Part shown: piece after piece, positions 47,160 to 59,292 of the stretch | Position numbering within the stretch: the stretch's first letter is position 1 | Layout: each line of letters begins with the position of its first letter | DNA from: Eukaryota sp. TZLM1-RC | Lineage: Eukaryota; Protista; Metamonada: BaSk clade | Direction: 5' to 3' | Assembly: GCA_040285825.1 (NCBI GenBank) | Contig: JAUPSS010000007.1 | Location: forward strand, 1,710,689-1,774,688 | DNA length: 64,000 nt | Made by a program: the position numbers and the translations under genes | Notes under the pieces: generated by a model | What the model was told of the DNA's origin: nothing | Seen by the model: only the letters and a program-made list of their open reading frames with translations | The model's database searches: none

Positions 47160-47499
47160 TCGCAGCCATAATAATTAATCAATTAATTTATTATTAATTG
47201 AATTTGCTGATATTCTTTTGTATCTTTTTGTATAATAAAATTATTCCTTCTTTTTTTATCACCAGAGTTACTTAAAACATTTACTGCCACGTCATCAGAT
47301 GGTAGACTTAGTCGTTGTATTCATGGTTAAATTCCACAAGAATAATTCAAAATTTTGGTTTTGATATAATAGTTGCAATATTAACAAATTTACTCAAATA
47401 TATCTTAGTTTAGTTTAGTTTTAGAATATGATGAAATTGAAAAAAATATTAATAAAAAAGTATTTATTTTTTCTACGAAGAAACAAAACAAATTAAAAC

Positions 47500-49029
47500 T
47501 AGGACTGTCCAGGTTCAGTTCAGGTTCAGACAATTTCCGGTTCAGTTCAGTTCAGGTTCAAGAATGACAGGTTCAGGTTTTGAACTAGTTTGAACTGGTT
47601 CTGAACTAGTTCACCCAATTTCTCATATAGTTTTTCTACCATTGTTTATAACTTGTATTCAGTTATTGCAATGACATAAAATAAATATAAATTATCCTGT
47701 AATTAATAAATTTTTTTTATTTATTTATTTTTATTCCACAACAAATATGAAATACACAATTAAAACTCCACATCCTCAAAACCTGCCTCCCCTACATCAA
47801 AACAATTAATCGCTAAAGATTCAGAAAATTTCCCAAAAGAAGATAGTGAATCAGAAATTAGTGTTACCATTCCCTTAAAAATAGAAAATACAATCCTGTT
47901 TTTCCAGTAAACACGATTGAAAATTCTTCCAGTTCTTTCCTTTACAACTACAACAAAATCCTCAAGGAAAGCCATAGCAGCCTAACCTAGAGATCCAAGC
48001 AAAGAAAAAACAAATGGACATAAATTATATTGGGCATGAGAATTTTCATTAACCGAGGAAATGGGTTTCGCATATTTAGCAATTTTATATTTTTCGCCTG
48101 CAAGAAGAGGATTATTTACATCCGAGTTATTGAAATGTTCGTTAGAGGAATTACAAGGGTCAATAGACATGGCGTCCAAAATAGTAAAACCGCCATTTAA
48201 ACCAGGAACAACTAGATCACCTCTAGTCAGACCCATAGAAGCTCTGTTGTAACGCGTACTATCAATATTGGGATCATCAAGAATTAATTTTGATAACAGC
48301 GGTTCTAAAAAGGAATCTACACGATATGATTTGCACATTACATAAATTTGGTCCCTGACGTTATTATGCACTTTGCTTCTAAACGTAATGAAATGTTTAC
48401 AGTTCAAAAGATGAGTAAACAAAAGAGGTTTACCACATTTACAAGTTAAATGATTGGGCAAATTGTTTGGCCACAAAAAACAACGAAAACGCATGTTTAG
48501 AAGCCATTCATTGTCTTTTAACAAAAGTCCATAAACAGAGGGAACTTGAGTTACTAAAGCAGCAGCAGAACTATCACGAATATCCTTTAAAAAATTACCG
48601 AAAGCGGGATTTTTAGTTTTGGCCAAGCCAAGTCTTACTTCATAATCCAAGCCTTCATATAATTTAACCAGATGGTGCTGAAGCTTTTTCAAGCAAAAAC
48701 GTAAATTTGGAAGTAAATTTGTAATTAATAAATGTATGCTTAATTTTTGTTTAATTTGGTTTTTCAAACTGTCAAATCAATTGTTTAGCTCGGCTGGTCG
48801 CACGGTAACTGAATACAGAAATCTTATTGTGTGATGAAAGTGTTGAGGCATTAGTCTCTCTAAAGGAATGGAGTAGATATTTAGGAAATTAGTTTGTATT
48901 GTTTTCATAATAATTTTTTAAAAAAATATCTATTCTTTTATAATACCGGTTCGGAACTGGTTCAGTTCAGTTCAGGTTCCAAAAAATTTTCCGAACTGAA
49001 CTGAAATGAACTGAACTTGGACAGTCCTA
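47500..49029. mobile_element. Non-autonomous hAT-like TIR element carrying a nested retro insertion
   Basis: TIRs taggactgtccaggttcagttca / tgaactgaacttggacagtccta; 8-bp TSD attaaaac (47492-47499) / tttaaaac (49030-49037); GTTCA subterminal repeats; empty-site paralogue at ~25900-25960. Confidence 0.85.
47711..48719 (-). mobile_element. 5'-truncated CRE-like element, family D, inside the hAT element
   Basis: ORFs 47982-48767 and 47760-47975 (CCHC, 'HNNVRD','RGD','ILD','KIAKY'); A-rich tail; TSD tgtaattaataaat at 47698-47711 and 48720-48733. Confidence 0.9.
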
Positions 49030-49930
49030 TTTAAAACACATAAGAAACACAATTCTCCACGCCAACTCTTGATGAATCCTTATTCAGCTTGGACATCATT
49101 AAATTTAAGTACTTGGGAACACTTCTATACAAAGCAAAAATGATACGATTCTTACCAAATTCTTACCCCTTGAACGACATAAATTATCAAAATCATTGAG
49201 AAAATTCAAGGCAGACTGCCCAATGTTGCTAAAAATCGAGAAGGCAAAAGAAACAAACGAAAACTTTGAGTAAAGATTCTTATTTAAATCATTTAATAAC
49301 TCAGCATATTTGTCTCATTTACAAACCTCAGCCTTGTTCAAGTGACCATTAGAACTAACTAAAACATCATCACCATAAATTGAAGCAAAGGAATTAACTG
49401 TGGTTAGATCAACAACAACTTGAGAGGAATCCACAAAAGGAGCAATTAAATCATCTCGACGTGAATCATACAAATTATTATCGCTATAACGCTTCAACAA
49501 CGGTTCTGCTTTGCAACCAGAATTGTAACATTTGAACATCTCATTTGTCACATCATGAACAGCATAATGAAGAGCTGACCGATATTGAAGAAACTTCTTA
49601 CAACTTACAATATGACGGAAATTGGCAGACGGTTTTTCGTTACAAATACAAACAAAATTATCTAAAAGTCCACTTGGATACAGCCCTAATCTCAAACGCA
49701 TTTTTTGTTTTCAAGCTTCATTTGTTAAGTGAAGACCAAATGGCCTTGGTTGCTGAGAAATTAAACTTGTGCAATTCTGGATGTCTGATACAAAGGCAGC
49801 AAAGACGGGATTATTAATCTTAGTCACACTAAGTCGTTTAGAAAAATCTGGGTCTTTATTATGGTGATCCAATTGATGACAATTCTTGTGTAGAGATCTG
49901 TTGGAGTCAGCCCGAACAACTTGAAAAAAC
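49030..49930 (-). mobile_element. Family-F CRE-like fragment (its 3' tail lies at ~47461-47499, beyond the hAT insertion)
   Basis: 'MRLRLGL..CIC..RHIVSC..HYAVHD..EP..RRDD..VVD'; homologous to 25853-26295. Confidence 0.85.
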
Positions 49931-51094
49931 AATTATTAAAAAATTAAAAAATTAATTAATTATTAAAAAATTATTTGAGTACTTGTGCTTGAAGTGAATG
50001 CTCAAAATGTAATGACACAATTCGCCAGAATGGAATGGTATAATAGAACCGTTTTTTTAATAAGAAAACATTATTACTTGTCCAATAATCAATCTTAAAA
50101 AAATCAACGTGAAGAACAATACTTTCATCAATGAAAAGCAGCTATCAAAAACTTTTCTCTAAAACAGGAAACGGCTCAACCAAAAAAGATAAAATGTAAA
50201 GTAAAAATTCAAGACTCTGATATTTCGTAGTTTTTAATATGTGCCTACCGACTGCACTTTGTTCCATGAATTTGATATTTATTATTCCATAATGTAAGAT
50301 TGGTAAAATCAAGACCACCTCTGCATTTGACTAGATGCAGTAGTTCTAGTGACAACTGGCAAAGATTTCAGCGTCCTATTCAACAGCAGTGTAATAGTAG
50401 TTTCAATAAAGGTGGTTTTTAACTTATGTACTCGTCACTATGTACTAACGTAAGAATTGCAGAAAACTTAATTCATTCATTGTAGCCTTCAGGTTGATAA
50501 TGGTTGACTTTGAAGACGTTTCGTTATATCTTCAATCTTTGACAATTCATAATTGTCAATACTGACAACATTACAAACATCTATTGTGTATTGTTTGTTG
50601 AGAATTTTGAAACAATTTTCTTTGTTTATTTGTGAAGGTTGTTTAGAATCTATAATCTTGGTTTGGTTATTGTCATTTTGTGATTGATTTTTGAATATCA
50701 AAGAACATCCCATTTTTTCAACAGCTGCAACTGAACAAATAGTTCATTCGAAACCGGAAGCTTTTAGATGAGTGAGCAACAGCATAGATGATTCTGATCT
50801 ACCAAATAAATTAATATGATATGCAAAGGCGATAGTTCTTTTACGAAGATATGATCCAGCTAACATTACGTGCTTTGCAATGAGTTTCGAATTATGAAAA
50901 ACTTCAATGTGTTATAGGAAAATTATGAAACAGAAAATGAAAGAAACTAGGAAACACAGTGTCCCCTCAAATGAAATTTAATTTTTGATTGAAAAAATCT
51001 TCTCATTTTCAATTTAAAACGGGTTGTTAGGGTTTTCGTTGATCAGAAACAAATATAGAGCTTGAGAGTTTTTTAAATCGCTTTTATTATCAGG

Positions 51095-52560
51095 ATATTT
51101 TTTGAAATATATTTATTTATTAGAAAACTTACAAATCAACATCTAAATAATCCATCTCTCCCAAAACAAAAGCACTAGATGCAAATCTCTCATAGTGAGA
51201 TCCAAGAGAAAGCAAAGCATCAGAAACCATCTTCAACATCCCCTTAAAAATAGAAAACACAATTCTATTTTGCCAAAAACAATCTGTTGAAATGTCTGTT
51301 AGTTCTTCTCTTTACAATCATTTCAAAATCTGCCAAAAAACGTATAGCCGTGGGAGCAAGTGAACCAAATAGAGAAAATACAAATGGATACAAATTGTAT
51401 TTTGCATGATGTTGGGTGGACAATTTGGACAAAGGTTCATTGTATTTTTTGATTTTGAAATTTCAGTATTTGAAAGAGGACTGTGAATTTCAGAATTTGC
51501 AAGCCTTTGATTTGAGGCATTAAAGGAACAGCAGACATTACTTCCAATAAAATGAAGGTTACATCTAATCCAGATATTATGACATCACCTCCATTACTCT
51601 TAAGTAAATCATCTTCAGCATCAAACAGATTTGACAACAGAGGTTCCAAAAAGGACTCAATTCTATTAGACTTACACATACAATATTATTGGTCTCCTAC
51701 AGCATCGTGAACCTTGCTTCTAAAAGAAATAAGATGTTTACAATTTAACAAATGTGTAATTGTAATTTTTCCAGAACATTTACAAATTAAATTATGAGGT
51801 AAATTATCAGGCCATATAAAGGAACGAAATCTCATATTCAAAGTCCAGTCAAAATCAGTTACGAGAGTGTCATAAACTTGAGGAATTGTTGTTACTAAGG
51901 CAGAAGAAGTACTATCACACATATCTTGTAAAATATTTGCAAAAGCGGGATTCTTTTTCTTGGCCAAGCCAAGTCTAACATCAAAATCCAAGCTTTCAAA
52001 AATCTTAGACAATTTTTGTTGAAGCTTTTTACAGCAAAAACTGCAAATTCAACAGAAATCGGTATGGAATTTCTTAAATTGATTGGGGAAAACATTAGGT
52101 CCAAATTTGTGGTGGCAATCTATCATGTTCACAAGATACCTCATTCAAATATGGACTGCAACTGGGAACTAACAGCTGAGAATCTTCAGGAAATCTACGA
52201 GAAAATTCAAAAATAAAATTCTTGCTTCCACCCAAAATGCTGATGGACACAAAATAGAAGATTTTTTAAATCTAATACCACTCGAATTCACTGAAAATAA
52301 GTAATTTTTCAACATTCCAGGTTCTACATCCAATAAATCAGCAAAAAAGTCTGTTCTCAATGAATTAAAGGAACGACAAAAATCTAATGCTCTGGAGGGA
52401 GCACAAGATCTCAATATGTGGGTTATTCTCCCAATATAGCAAATCTAAAGCATAAAAAACTTACTATGTTTTCCTAAAGGAAGAAATTGGATCAAGTTCA
52501 ATTTTCATTCTTTTTCCCAAAATAACTTGTAATTCATTCTGAATTTGAGGCACATTTTCT
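51095..52560 (-). mobile_element. Decayed 5'-truncated family-B CRE-like copy
   Basis: Fragments homologous to 31.9-33.34 kb with multiple frameshifts. Confidence 0.88.
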
Positions 52561-53650
52561 GAGCAGTAACTTATTTTCTGACAATAACTTTGGAGAAACG
52601 ATTCTTAATTGAATTTCATAATTTCACTTCATATCCTCTTAACTTTACGTAATTGTCAAGTAATTACGTACTTTCTATTGCAAAATCATAACAAATTTCA
52701 CCATTCACTATGATCTTACGGATTGACGCTGTGTGTAATATTTTTTTTCAAATCTCAATATTGAACAGGACCTTAACTACGAATGTTCAGGAACAGTAAC
52801 TAAAACTAATGTTCCTTGAACTTTCATCCTACTGTAAAATTCTTAATTTTTCGGCAGCCGTTATTCGAACAACGACCCTTTCCCAATAAACACTATAACA
52901 AATATGATAAAACAATTTATTAATAAAAAACAAAACTAATTTTCATGTTCCATGCGGCTGCTTTTGAGCCAAGTGTCCAAGTTTTCGGCGTTTGTGCATA
53001 AAGATGTATTCAGAATGAACAAAGTTAGTAAGTGGTTGTACGTGGAAATTGTGTTTAAGAAACTTTTTATTCAACATTCTTTATGACAAGATATTCTTCA
53101 AAATAAATTTCAAATTAAATAAAAAAAATTATGACAAGAGACATAAGGGTTGAGTTGTGAACGACGAGTTTGTTTAATGGGACCGTGCTATTAGGGGTTT
53201 TACGATATTATTACATGTTTTAAACATGTTTTTAATAATGTTAAAACACGTTTACATGTTTTTGTTTTATTACATGGGCTTGTTCTGTGGATACTTGTTG
53301 TATTCTTCTTTTGGAACCGTTAGTGGGAGAGATTATCTCAACAACAGGAGAGGCATCAGACTCGTTGATTTCAGGCTCAGTAGGACATATAAAAAATGGT
53401 TGTTCCACGTCTTCATTAAAAGGTGTAATGCGGGCAAATGCCTGGAGAAGAGAAGATCCCGAAAAGCGGCTATTCATAAATAAGTGTATTGAAGAATTGG
53501 AATTAGTATTACAACGTACACTTTATTGATTAATTACATTTTTGTTTTCAGCCTGAAGAAAAAAAGGGTTGAAAATACGAATACGAGATTAAATATACGG
53601 GATTATGGCGTGAGACTAATTTCCCAGTGAGACTTTCTGCCAGCAGTGTA

Positions 53651-54232
53651 CACTTATGCCTGGAATTAGTCTCAGTGCAAAATTAGTCTCAGTGCACAAT
53701 TAGTCTCACTGAGACTAATATTATCCAAGAAGTGTCCCAAACTCCACAAGTGAGACTAATATTGTCCAAAATATTTGCCATTTGATAAAGTTTGCAACGG
53801 ATGTTATAGCTCAACAGTAAACACGATCTCTTTTTCAGGGAACATTCACCTATGAAAACGTAACTATAGTGTGGTATTATACACATATAAAAGATTGTAT
53901 TCTTTCGAGTTTGTTCCTTTCAGTAGCTCCTATCCTTTGTTAATGAACAATATTTTTTCAGGGTCCCCTATCCTCCGAGAATTTGCGAGAGTTGAGCTCC
54001 GCAATCCTTGCAAGGAGATGATGATGATTGCTATGTATTAGAATAGTTCGACCAAATAAAATGTTTTTATTACTTCAGAACATCAGGACAAATTTAGTCT
54101 CAGTGCACAATTAGTCTCAGTACAGAATTAGTCTCAGTGCACAAATAGTCTCACTGAGACTAATATTGCCCTGGACATTGAAAATGCTGAGTACAAAATT
54201 AGTCACAGTGAGACTAATTACAGGCATAAGTG
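53651..54232. mobile_element. MITE with TIRs and 17-bp subterminal tandem repeats (Tc1/mariner- or CMC-type ends)
   Basis: TA|cacttatgcctg.aattagtctca ... tgagactaattacaggcataagtg|TA; aattagtctcagtgca units at 53664/53681/53698 and 54092/54109/54126/54143. Confidence 0.85.
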
Positions 54233-54278
54233 TAGTTTTCATCAGCAAAAACTGTGTTTATTTATAGTATCTGTAAGT

Positions 54279-54920
54279 ATGGATATCCCCCATCTTTTCA
54301 GAGGTGCTGTACTCTCTACGTCTTATCCTACTATCTCTCGTATTTGGTTGTCTCAACTTCTTGAACGATTTCGTTCAAATGCAACAATTCTTGCTACAAC
54401 AATTGATGCTTCTTTGTGCTCAAATTGTTCTACGTTTCGTGGAAACCACAGTTTTTCTACCACAAGAGTTCTTTCTAAAAGGCGTCAAAATCGCAGAAGA
54501 CCACGTCCATCTCGTTTACGATCTACATTCAGACAGTCTAAGTTCTTACCTTCCGCCACAATCCCTGTGAAACACAAGCCCAAGTACCTCAACAAAGTGT
54601 CTTCCAAATGTACTTGTTGTCGTTACACCACTTCTTATAAGGGTGTTTTGCCTAGTTTCTTGACCTCGCTATCTGTCCCGGAACAAACACCAAGCATTGA
54701 CCGGGAACAAAAAACTCAAGATCCAAGTCCCTTTGAACAGTTAACAGTGAAGAGAGAATTCACTGCAACTAAACCCCCAAGTGGTGGTAGATTTTTCAGT
54801 AATGCCACTGAATCTAGTAAAAGCAAGACAAAAAAGAAGGGAAAGAAACAAAGTTTAAAACAAAAAACTACAAATAATATTAAAATCAATTCTTCCAATT
54901 TGTATAATTTCTTTAAGTGA
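54279..54920 (+). CDS. RNase P/MRP subunit Rpr2/Rpp21/Snm1-like
   Basis: N-terminal helices, two CxxC motifs ('LCSNC','KCTCC') separated by a basic insert; Lys-rich tail. Confidence 0.6.
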   Translation: MDIPHLFRGAVLSTSYPTISRIWLSQLLERFRSNATILATTIDASLCSNCSTFRGNHSFSTTRVLSKRRQNRRRPRPSRLRSTFRQSKFLPSATIPVKHKPKYLNKVSSKCTCCRYTTSYKGVLPSFLTSLSVPEQTPSIDREQKTQDPSPFEQLTVKREFTATKPPSGGRFFSNATESSKSKTKKKGKKQSLKQKTTNNIKINSSNLYNFFK

Positions 54921-55015
54921 TTTGAATAAATAAATTCTAAATTAATCCAAGAATCGATTCTTATTCCTTGGTAACCAAGACACTCTTCAACCGTCCATCT
55001 ATCACAGGCTCCAAG

Positions 55016-57043
55016 ATGGACGAGTTCGCATCAGAACCTGTTACTACTGATGTGGACGAATCATTCACAGCAACTATTTACAGATCCATACATAACACTG
55101 ACTGGGAGGAAATAGGCAAGGGAAACGTTCATTATGATGTTGCCAACACTACTTTGACTGTTACGTCCACTGACAACGTACAACTAATATCATCCAAGCT
55201 TTCTGATTGGAATTCCATAGGTACAATAACCAGGAACGTCTCCACTTGGTTTGATGACGCCTCTGGTACCCCTATCGAATACGCACTTGCTTTACCAACC
55301 ACTGAAGCAAATTATTCCCTATGTTCTTCCATTGCCCAATCCTTTGGTGCTCACCTAGATCCAGCCTACTTTGAAGATGTAGAGGAGGAGACTATTGCTC
55401 ACACAACAGAGCCAGGACAAGCCGAACTCGAACCCTTAACACTTCCACCTTGCACTTGCGAAGGACTGTCAGAGCTGGTCACGATTGCTCAACAACCCCA
55501 TCTTTTTGCCCTAGCTTATACTCTTTCTATTGATAATGGAAGTTATCTTGGTGCACTACTTAAGTTGGTTGTCTCTCTTTTGCCTTCAGGTCCAGATTTG
55601 GAAACGTCATTTCTTCTGATTTCTGAAGACTCTCTTGATTACATAAGCAAAACATGTTACTTGGTCAAGCGGCTCTTTAGTTCATCACGACTTGACATTT
55701 GCGACGTTTTACTTTCAGAGGAAATTTTTACCAATATCTGTGTGATCCTTTCTTTTGATCCTTTGACCCCTTCTAATCACAGAATAGACCTCACTAGTGA
55801 AGTCCCTGTTATTATGAATGTTTTGGGCATTGAATTGTCCCCAGAAATAATGAGCCTATACAGAAAAATTTCCTACTTGGAATACCTTAAGGATGTAGTT
55901 TTTCCTGTTTCTTTGGAAGAAAGTGTTTTGTTAACTTTAAACGCATTTTCAATCGGTTTTCAACGAGATTTCATTTCATTTGTTGTCAAATCTGAAGATT
56001 TTATTTCTAATTTAACTAAATTAGTTTCTTCTTCTGATAAAATGGAAGTTTTTAATGGTTTAAACGGGTTATTGGAGTTGTCAAATTTTGCCAAAAATTT
56101 AATTTCTCTGGGAGAATCAGAATTATTAGTTGTCAAGCTGATTCAATCTGAAATATTGAATTTGTTAGAAGTTCATTTTTCTCTTCTTCTTGATGAGTCT
56201 AGTAGAACTTCTGAAACAATCAAAAATGCTTTGACTTGTGTCGAAGTTCTGCGGAATTTTGTCAATATCAATTTCACCTCAATTCGCCACTATTATGCTA
56301 TTGCAAATTCCGACACACTTTTGATCAATACCTTGCTATCAATTTTAGTTGAAGATATTAATGAAGATCAAGATGGAATTTCTGCTCTGAGATCTCAAAT
56401 TTTGGAAATTTTTCAAATTCTTTTAGACGATCATTTATTCATTTCTGAATCTGCATTTATTACCAAGTTTCTCATTAATTTTAAAAATAATTCTTTGCCG
56501 ATTGTTCTTAAAGTTTTTGAAAACATATCTGTCGAATCTGTAGAGGCTTGTCATAATTTAAGTGGTATCTCAAACGGTCTTTGTATTTTTTCATTTTTAT
56601 TAAACCCAAGATCTGCTTATCGAACTAAATTGATATTCTTAGAAACAAAATTACTTTTGAAAGCAAGTCCATTGCTTAATGGACCTTTCAAACTCAAAGT
56701 CGGTTATTTACGATTGTTTAGGAAGTTCCTCTCTGTTGGTGATGATTTTGTGGTAAATCACGCAATAAGACTTGATCTTTTTTCTGGAATTGTTGATCTC
56801 TTCTCCAAAATTTATCATACTGATAATGTTTTAACTTCTACCATTTTATCGTTATTCCAAATATTGTTACCAATAAACACTTCTTTAGGACCGAGTCTGG
56901 AGGACCAAGACTCTCAAACTCTGGCATTGTCAAGAAATTATCTACCACTGATCAAGCACTTGGTAACAAATTATCCACAGTTGAAGGTGATATCACAATC
57001 GATACCAATTATTAATTCATTATTTGAAGTAAATTTAGAATAA
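55016..57043 (+). CDS. PP4 regulatory subunit 3 (SMEK/Psy2)-like, divergent
   Basis: EVH1/RanBD-like 'WEEIGKGNV', SMK-1-like 'LSFDP...YLKDVVFP', helical repeats with 'DNVLTSTILSLF'; ATG at 55016. Confidence 0.7.
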   Translation: MDEFASEPVTTDVDESFTATIYRSIHNTDWEEIGKGNVHYDVANTTLTVTSTDNVQLISSKLSDWNSIGTITRNVSTWFDDASGTPIEYALALPTTEANYSLCSSIAQSFGAHLDPAYFEDVEEETIAHTTEPGQAELEPLTLPPCTCEGLSELVTIAQQPHLFALAYTLSIDNGSYLGALLKLVVSLLPSGPDLETSFLLISEDSLDYISKTCYLVKRLFSSSRLDICDVLLSEEIFTNICVILSFDPLTPSNHRIDLTSEVPVIMNVLGIELSPEIMSLYRKISYLEYLKDVVFPVSLEESVLLTLNAFSIGFQRDFISFVVKSEDFISNLTKLVSSSDKMEVFNGLNGLLELSNFAKNLISLGESELLVVKLIQSEILNLLEVHFSLLLDESSRTSETIKNALTCVEVLRNFVNINFTSIRHYYAIANSDTLLINTLLSILVEDINEDQDGISALRSQILEIFQILLDDHLFISESAFITKFLINFKNNSLPIVLKVFENISVESVEACHNLSGISNGLCIFSFLLNPRSAYRTKLIFLETKLLLKASPLLNGPFKLKVGYLRLFRKFLSVGDDFVVNHAIRLDLFSGIVDLFSKIYHTDNVLTSTILSLFQILLPINTSLGPSLEDQDSQTLALSRNYLPLIKHLVTNYPQLKVISQSIPIINSLFEVNLE

Positions 57044-57162
57044 AATTTTCGAATAGAATTTGTATCAATATCAAAAAAAGACATTGATAAATAGTTTTTT
57101 CTATTGATTTAATTAAAGGCCAAACACAAAACTTTATATCAAAATACACATACGAAACACTA

Positions 57163-58444
57163 CTAAAGCTTCTCGCTATCAGCCAAGACTCTGGCATGAG
57201 CATGCCTAGCTAGTTCCTTGCCCATATCTCTGCATTGAGTCAATACTTCGTCAGTATAACGGTAGTTACAGACAAGAGGATCCATTACAGATTCCACACC
57301 AGAATCCTCCAAATGATTCTTCAATACGCGAGCATGAGTCTGCCAGCCATAACTTCCAAAAGAGGCACCAACCCTCTTCCAATTTCCTTGGAGTCCTTTG
57401 AGGTAAGCTAGAGCTCCAGCAACTGGGGGTAGAATGTTACCATTGAGATTAGAAGAACCCACAGCCAAAACAGGTGCATCCAAGACAATATCAGCAATAT
57501 CAGTAACGTGAGTAACTCTTGCATTGAGCAAAACACAATGACCTCCCTCTTCAAGCACACCTTCCTTGATTGCGTAGGCCATATGTTCAGTAGTTTGATA
57601 CATAGTGTCGTAGAGGACTACAACCATGGGATTGACACAGATATGATTACTCCATTGTTTATACAAGTTGATGTGTTCACCAATGTACTTTCTGGTGTTT
57701 AAACCATGAGCAGTGGCGATCAAGGTTGGAGTGGCAGGCAATGTTGAAAGAGATTGAAGAGCTTTTGCTCCTTGGCGACCAAATGGCATGAGGATATTGG
57801 CCCAGTAAGCCCTGGAATCGCGACTCAGATAGGTCCAATCAGGGGCATTCTTTTCATCATCTACACGGGCTGTGGAAGCGCGATGTTGACCAAAAGCATC
57901 ATTGGAAAACAAAACCTGTGTCTTTTCATCAAAAGCATAAGAAGAATCAGGCCAATGTAATAAGGGAACAAGTCGGAAATGCAGGATATGGCCATTTCCA
58001 AGGTCCAGTGTGTCTTTGTCCTTGTAAGTTTCTACTTTCCAACTTGGAAAATCGTCAGGATATATCAGTTGAAGAGCCTTCTTGGCGTTACGGGAACAAT
58101 AGAGAGTGAGATGTGGAGCTTTGCGCAAGAGGGCAGCAAAACTTCCAGAATGATCAGGTTCAGCGTGCAACGCAATGGCATATTTCAACTCATTGAGTGG
58201 GATGACCTGGGGTAACAAGAACAAGGGGTGAATGGCAAACCTTTTCAATGTTGCGGATGTATTCGTCAGCGAAGGGTGCCTTGACTGAGTCAATGACCGT
58301 GGGATGATCTACGTTGGTTATAACGTATGAGTTGTAGGAAGTTCCATATCTAGTCTCATATCCATGGAAGTTGCGGATCGAGAAATCCACAGCTCCTACA
58401 TAAAATGTGTTCTCTGCAACTTTGTGTGACTCGGGGATGGCCAT
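57163..58444 (-). CDS. fprA: Flavodiiron protein (A-type flavoprotein, FprA; O2/NO reductase), 2 exons 58444-58241 and 58206-57163 (~415 aa)
   Basis: 'FHGY..GTSYNSY', di-iron ligands 'HAEPDH','HWPD','SNDAFGQH','TAHG'; flavodoxin 'YDTMYQTTEHMA','FGSYGW'. Confidence 0.93.
58207..58240 (-). other. Spliceosomal intron, 34 nt (flavodiiron gene)
   Basis: gtttgc...gttACcccag; joins RNIEK|VIPLNELKY and fixes the frame. Confidence 0.88.
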
Positions 58445-59292
58445 TAATGTAAAGTAATTTATCGACAAAAAAAGGAAAGTTTCCTTTTTCAACAGTCATT
58501 GAAGTGAGTTGTCATTTGTTGTCACTATGTGTAAGAATTGTAACTTTCAGACGTCATTTGTGACATGGTCCATGGCCATCATCGGTGGTTTCTCAGTCTC
58601 TCAAGTATATAGATTCTGAACAACCGTTCAATTATAGTTAGGTATTATAGGTAGGGTTATTCAACACCAAATCACTAATTGTGGTAGCTGATTAGTCAAT
58701 AGTTTCTTGTTATGTAACAGACGATTATCGGTCGGTTTTTCGTGATGATTTCTGTATTAAGTAATTTTTCAATCATTGGTTTACACCACTATTGTGAAAT
58801 TAAAACACTTTTGTTCGCTTGCTAACTTAACTAGTGGTGTCAATCGTTACCAACTTTCTGTTGATCTCTTATTTTTTCAACAGATTCTCAAATATAATTG
58901 TCTTTTGTGGAAATTTCAACAGAAATTGTGAAACAAGCTGAATTGGGTGAAATGAAAAACATCCATTGTCTGAGATTTTTTAGCATGATTCTGAGCTGAA
59001 GGTAGTAAGTTTTGGTAATGAACTGGGATCAGCAAATTGAAGCCATTTCATTGTTTGAACTAAACTGTGAAAAATTTGGTAGAAGGGGTTCATGATCACA
59101 CAATTAATAGTAGATTCCATCTTGACATGAACCAGCCATAGGTGTAGGCTGATAGATGATACAGAGTTCCACTGGAGTCTAACATTGCTGAATATGTTTT
59201 TGTAAAAAAAATGCAAAGCTCTTCAATTATTAAAAGACATGTTGTATCAATAAACATTTACAACAATAAAAAACATAGATCTACAGAGTCAA

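Noticed and set aside
53664-54160. Regular 17-bp repeats as a CRISPR-like array
   Set aside because: Tandem units without unique spacers, inside TIRs, in a eukaryotic context with no cas genes
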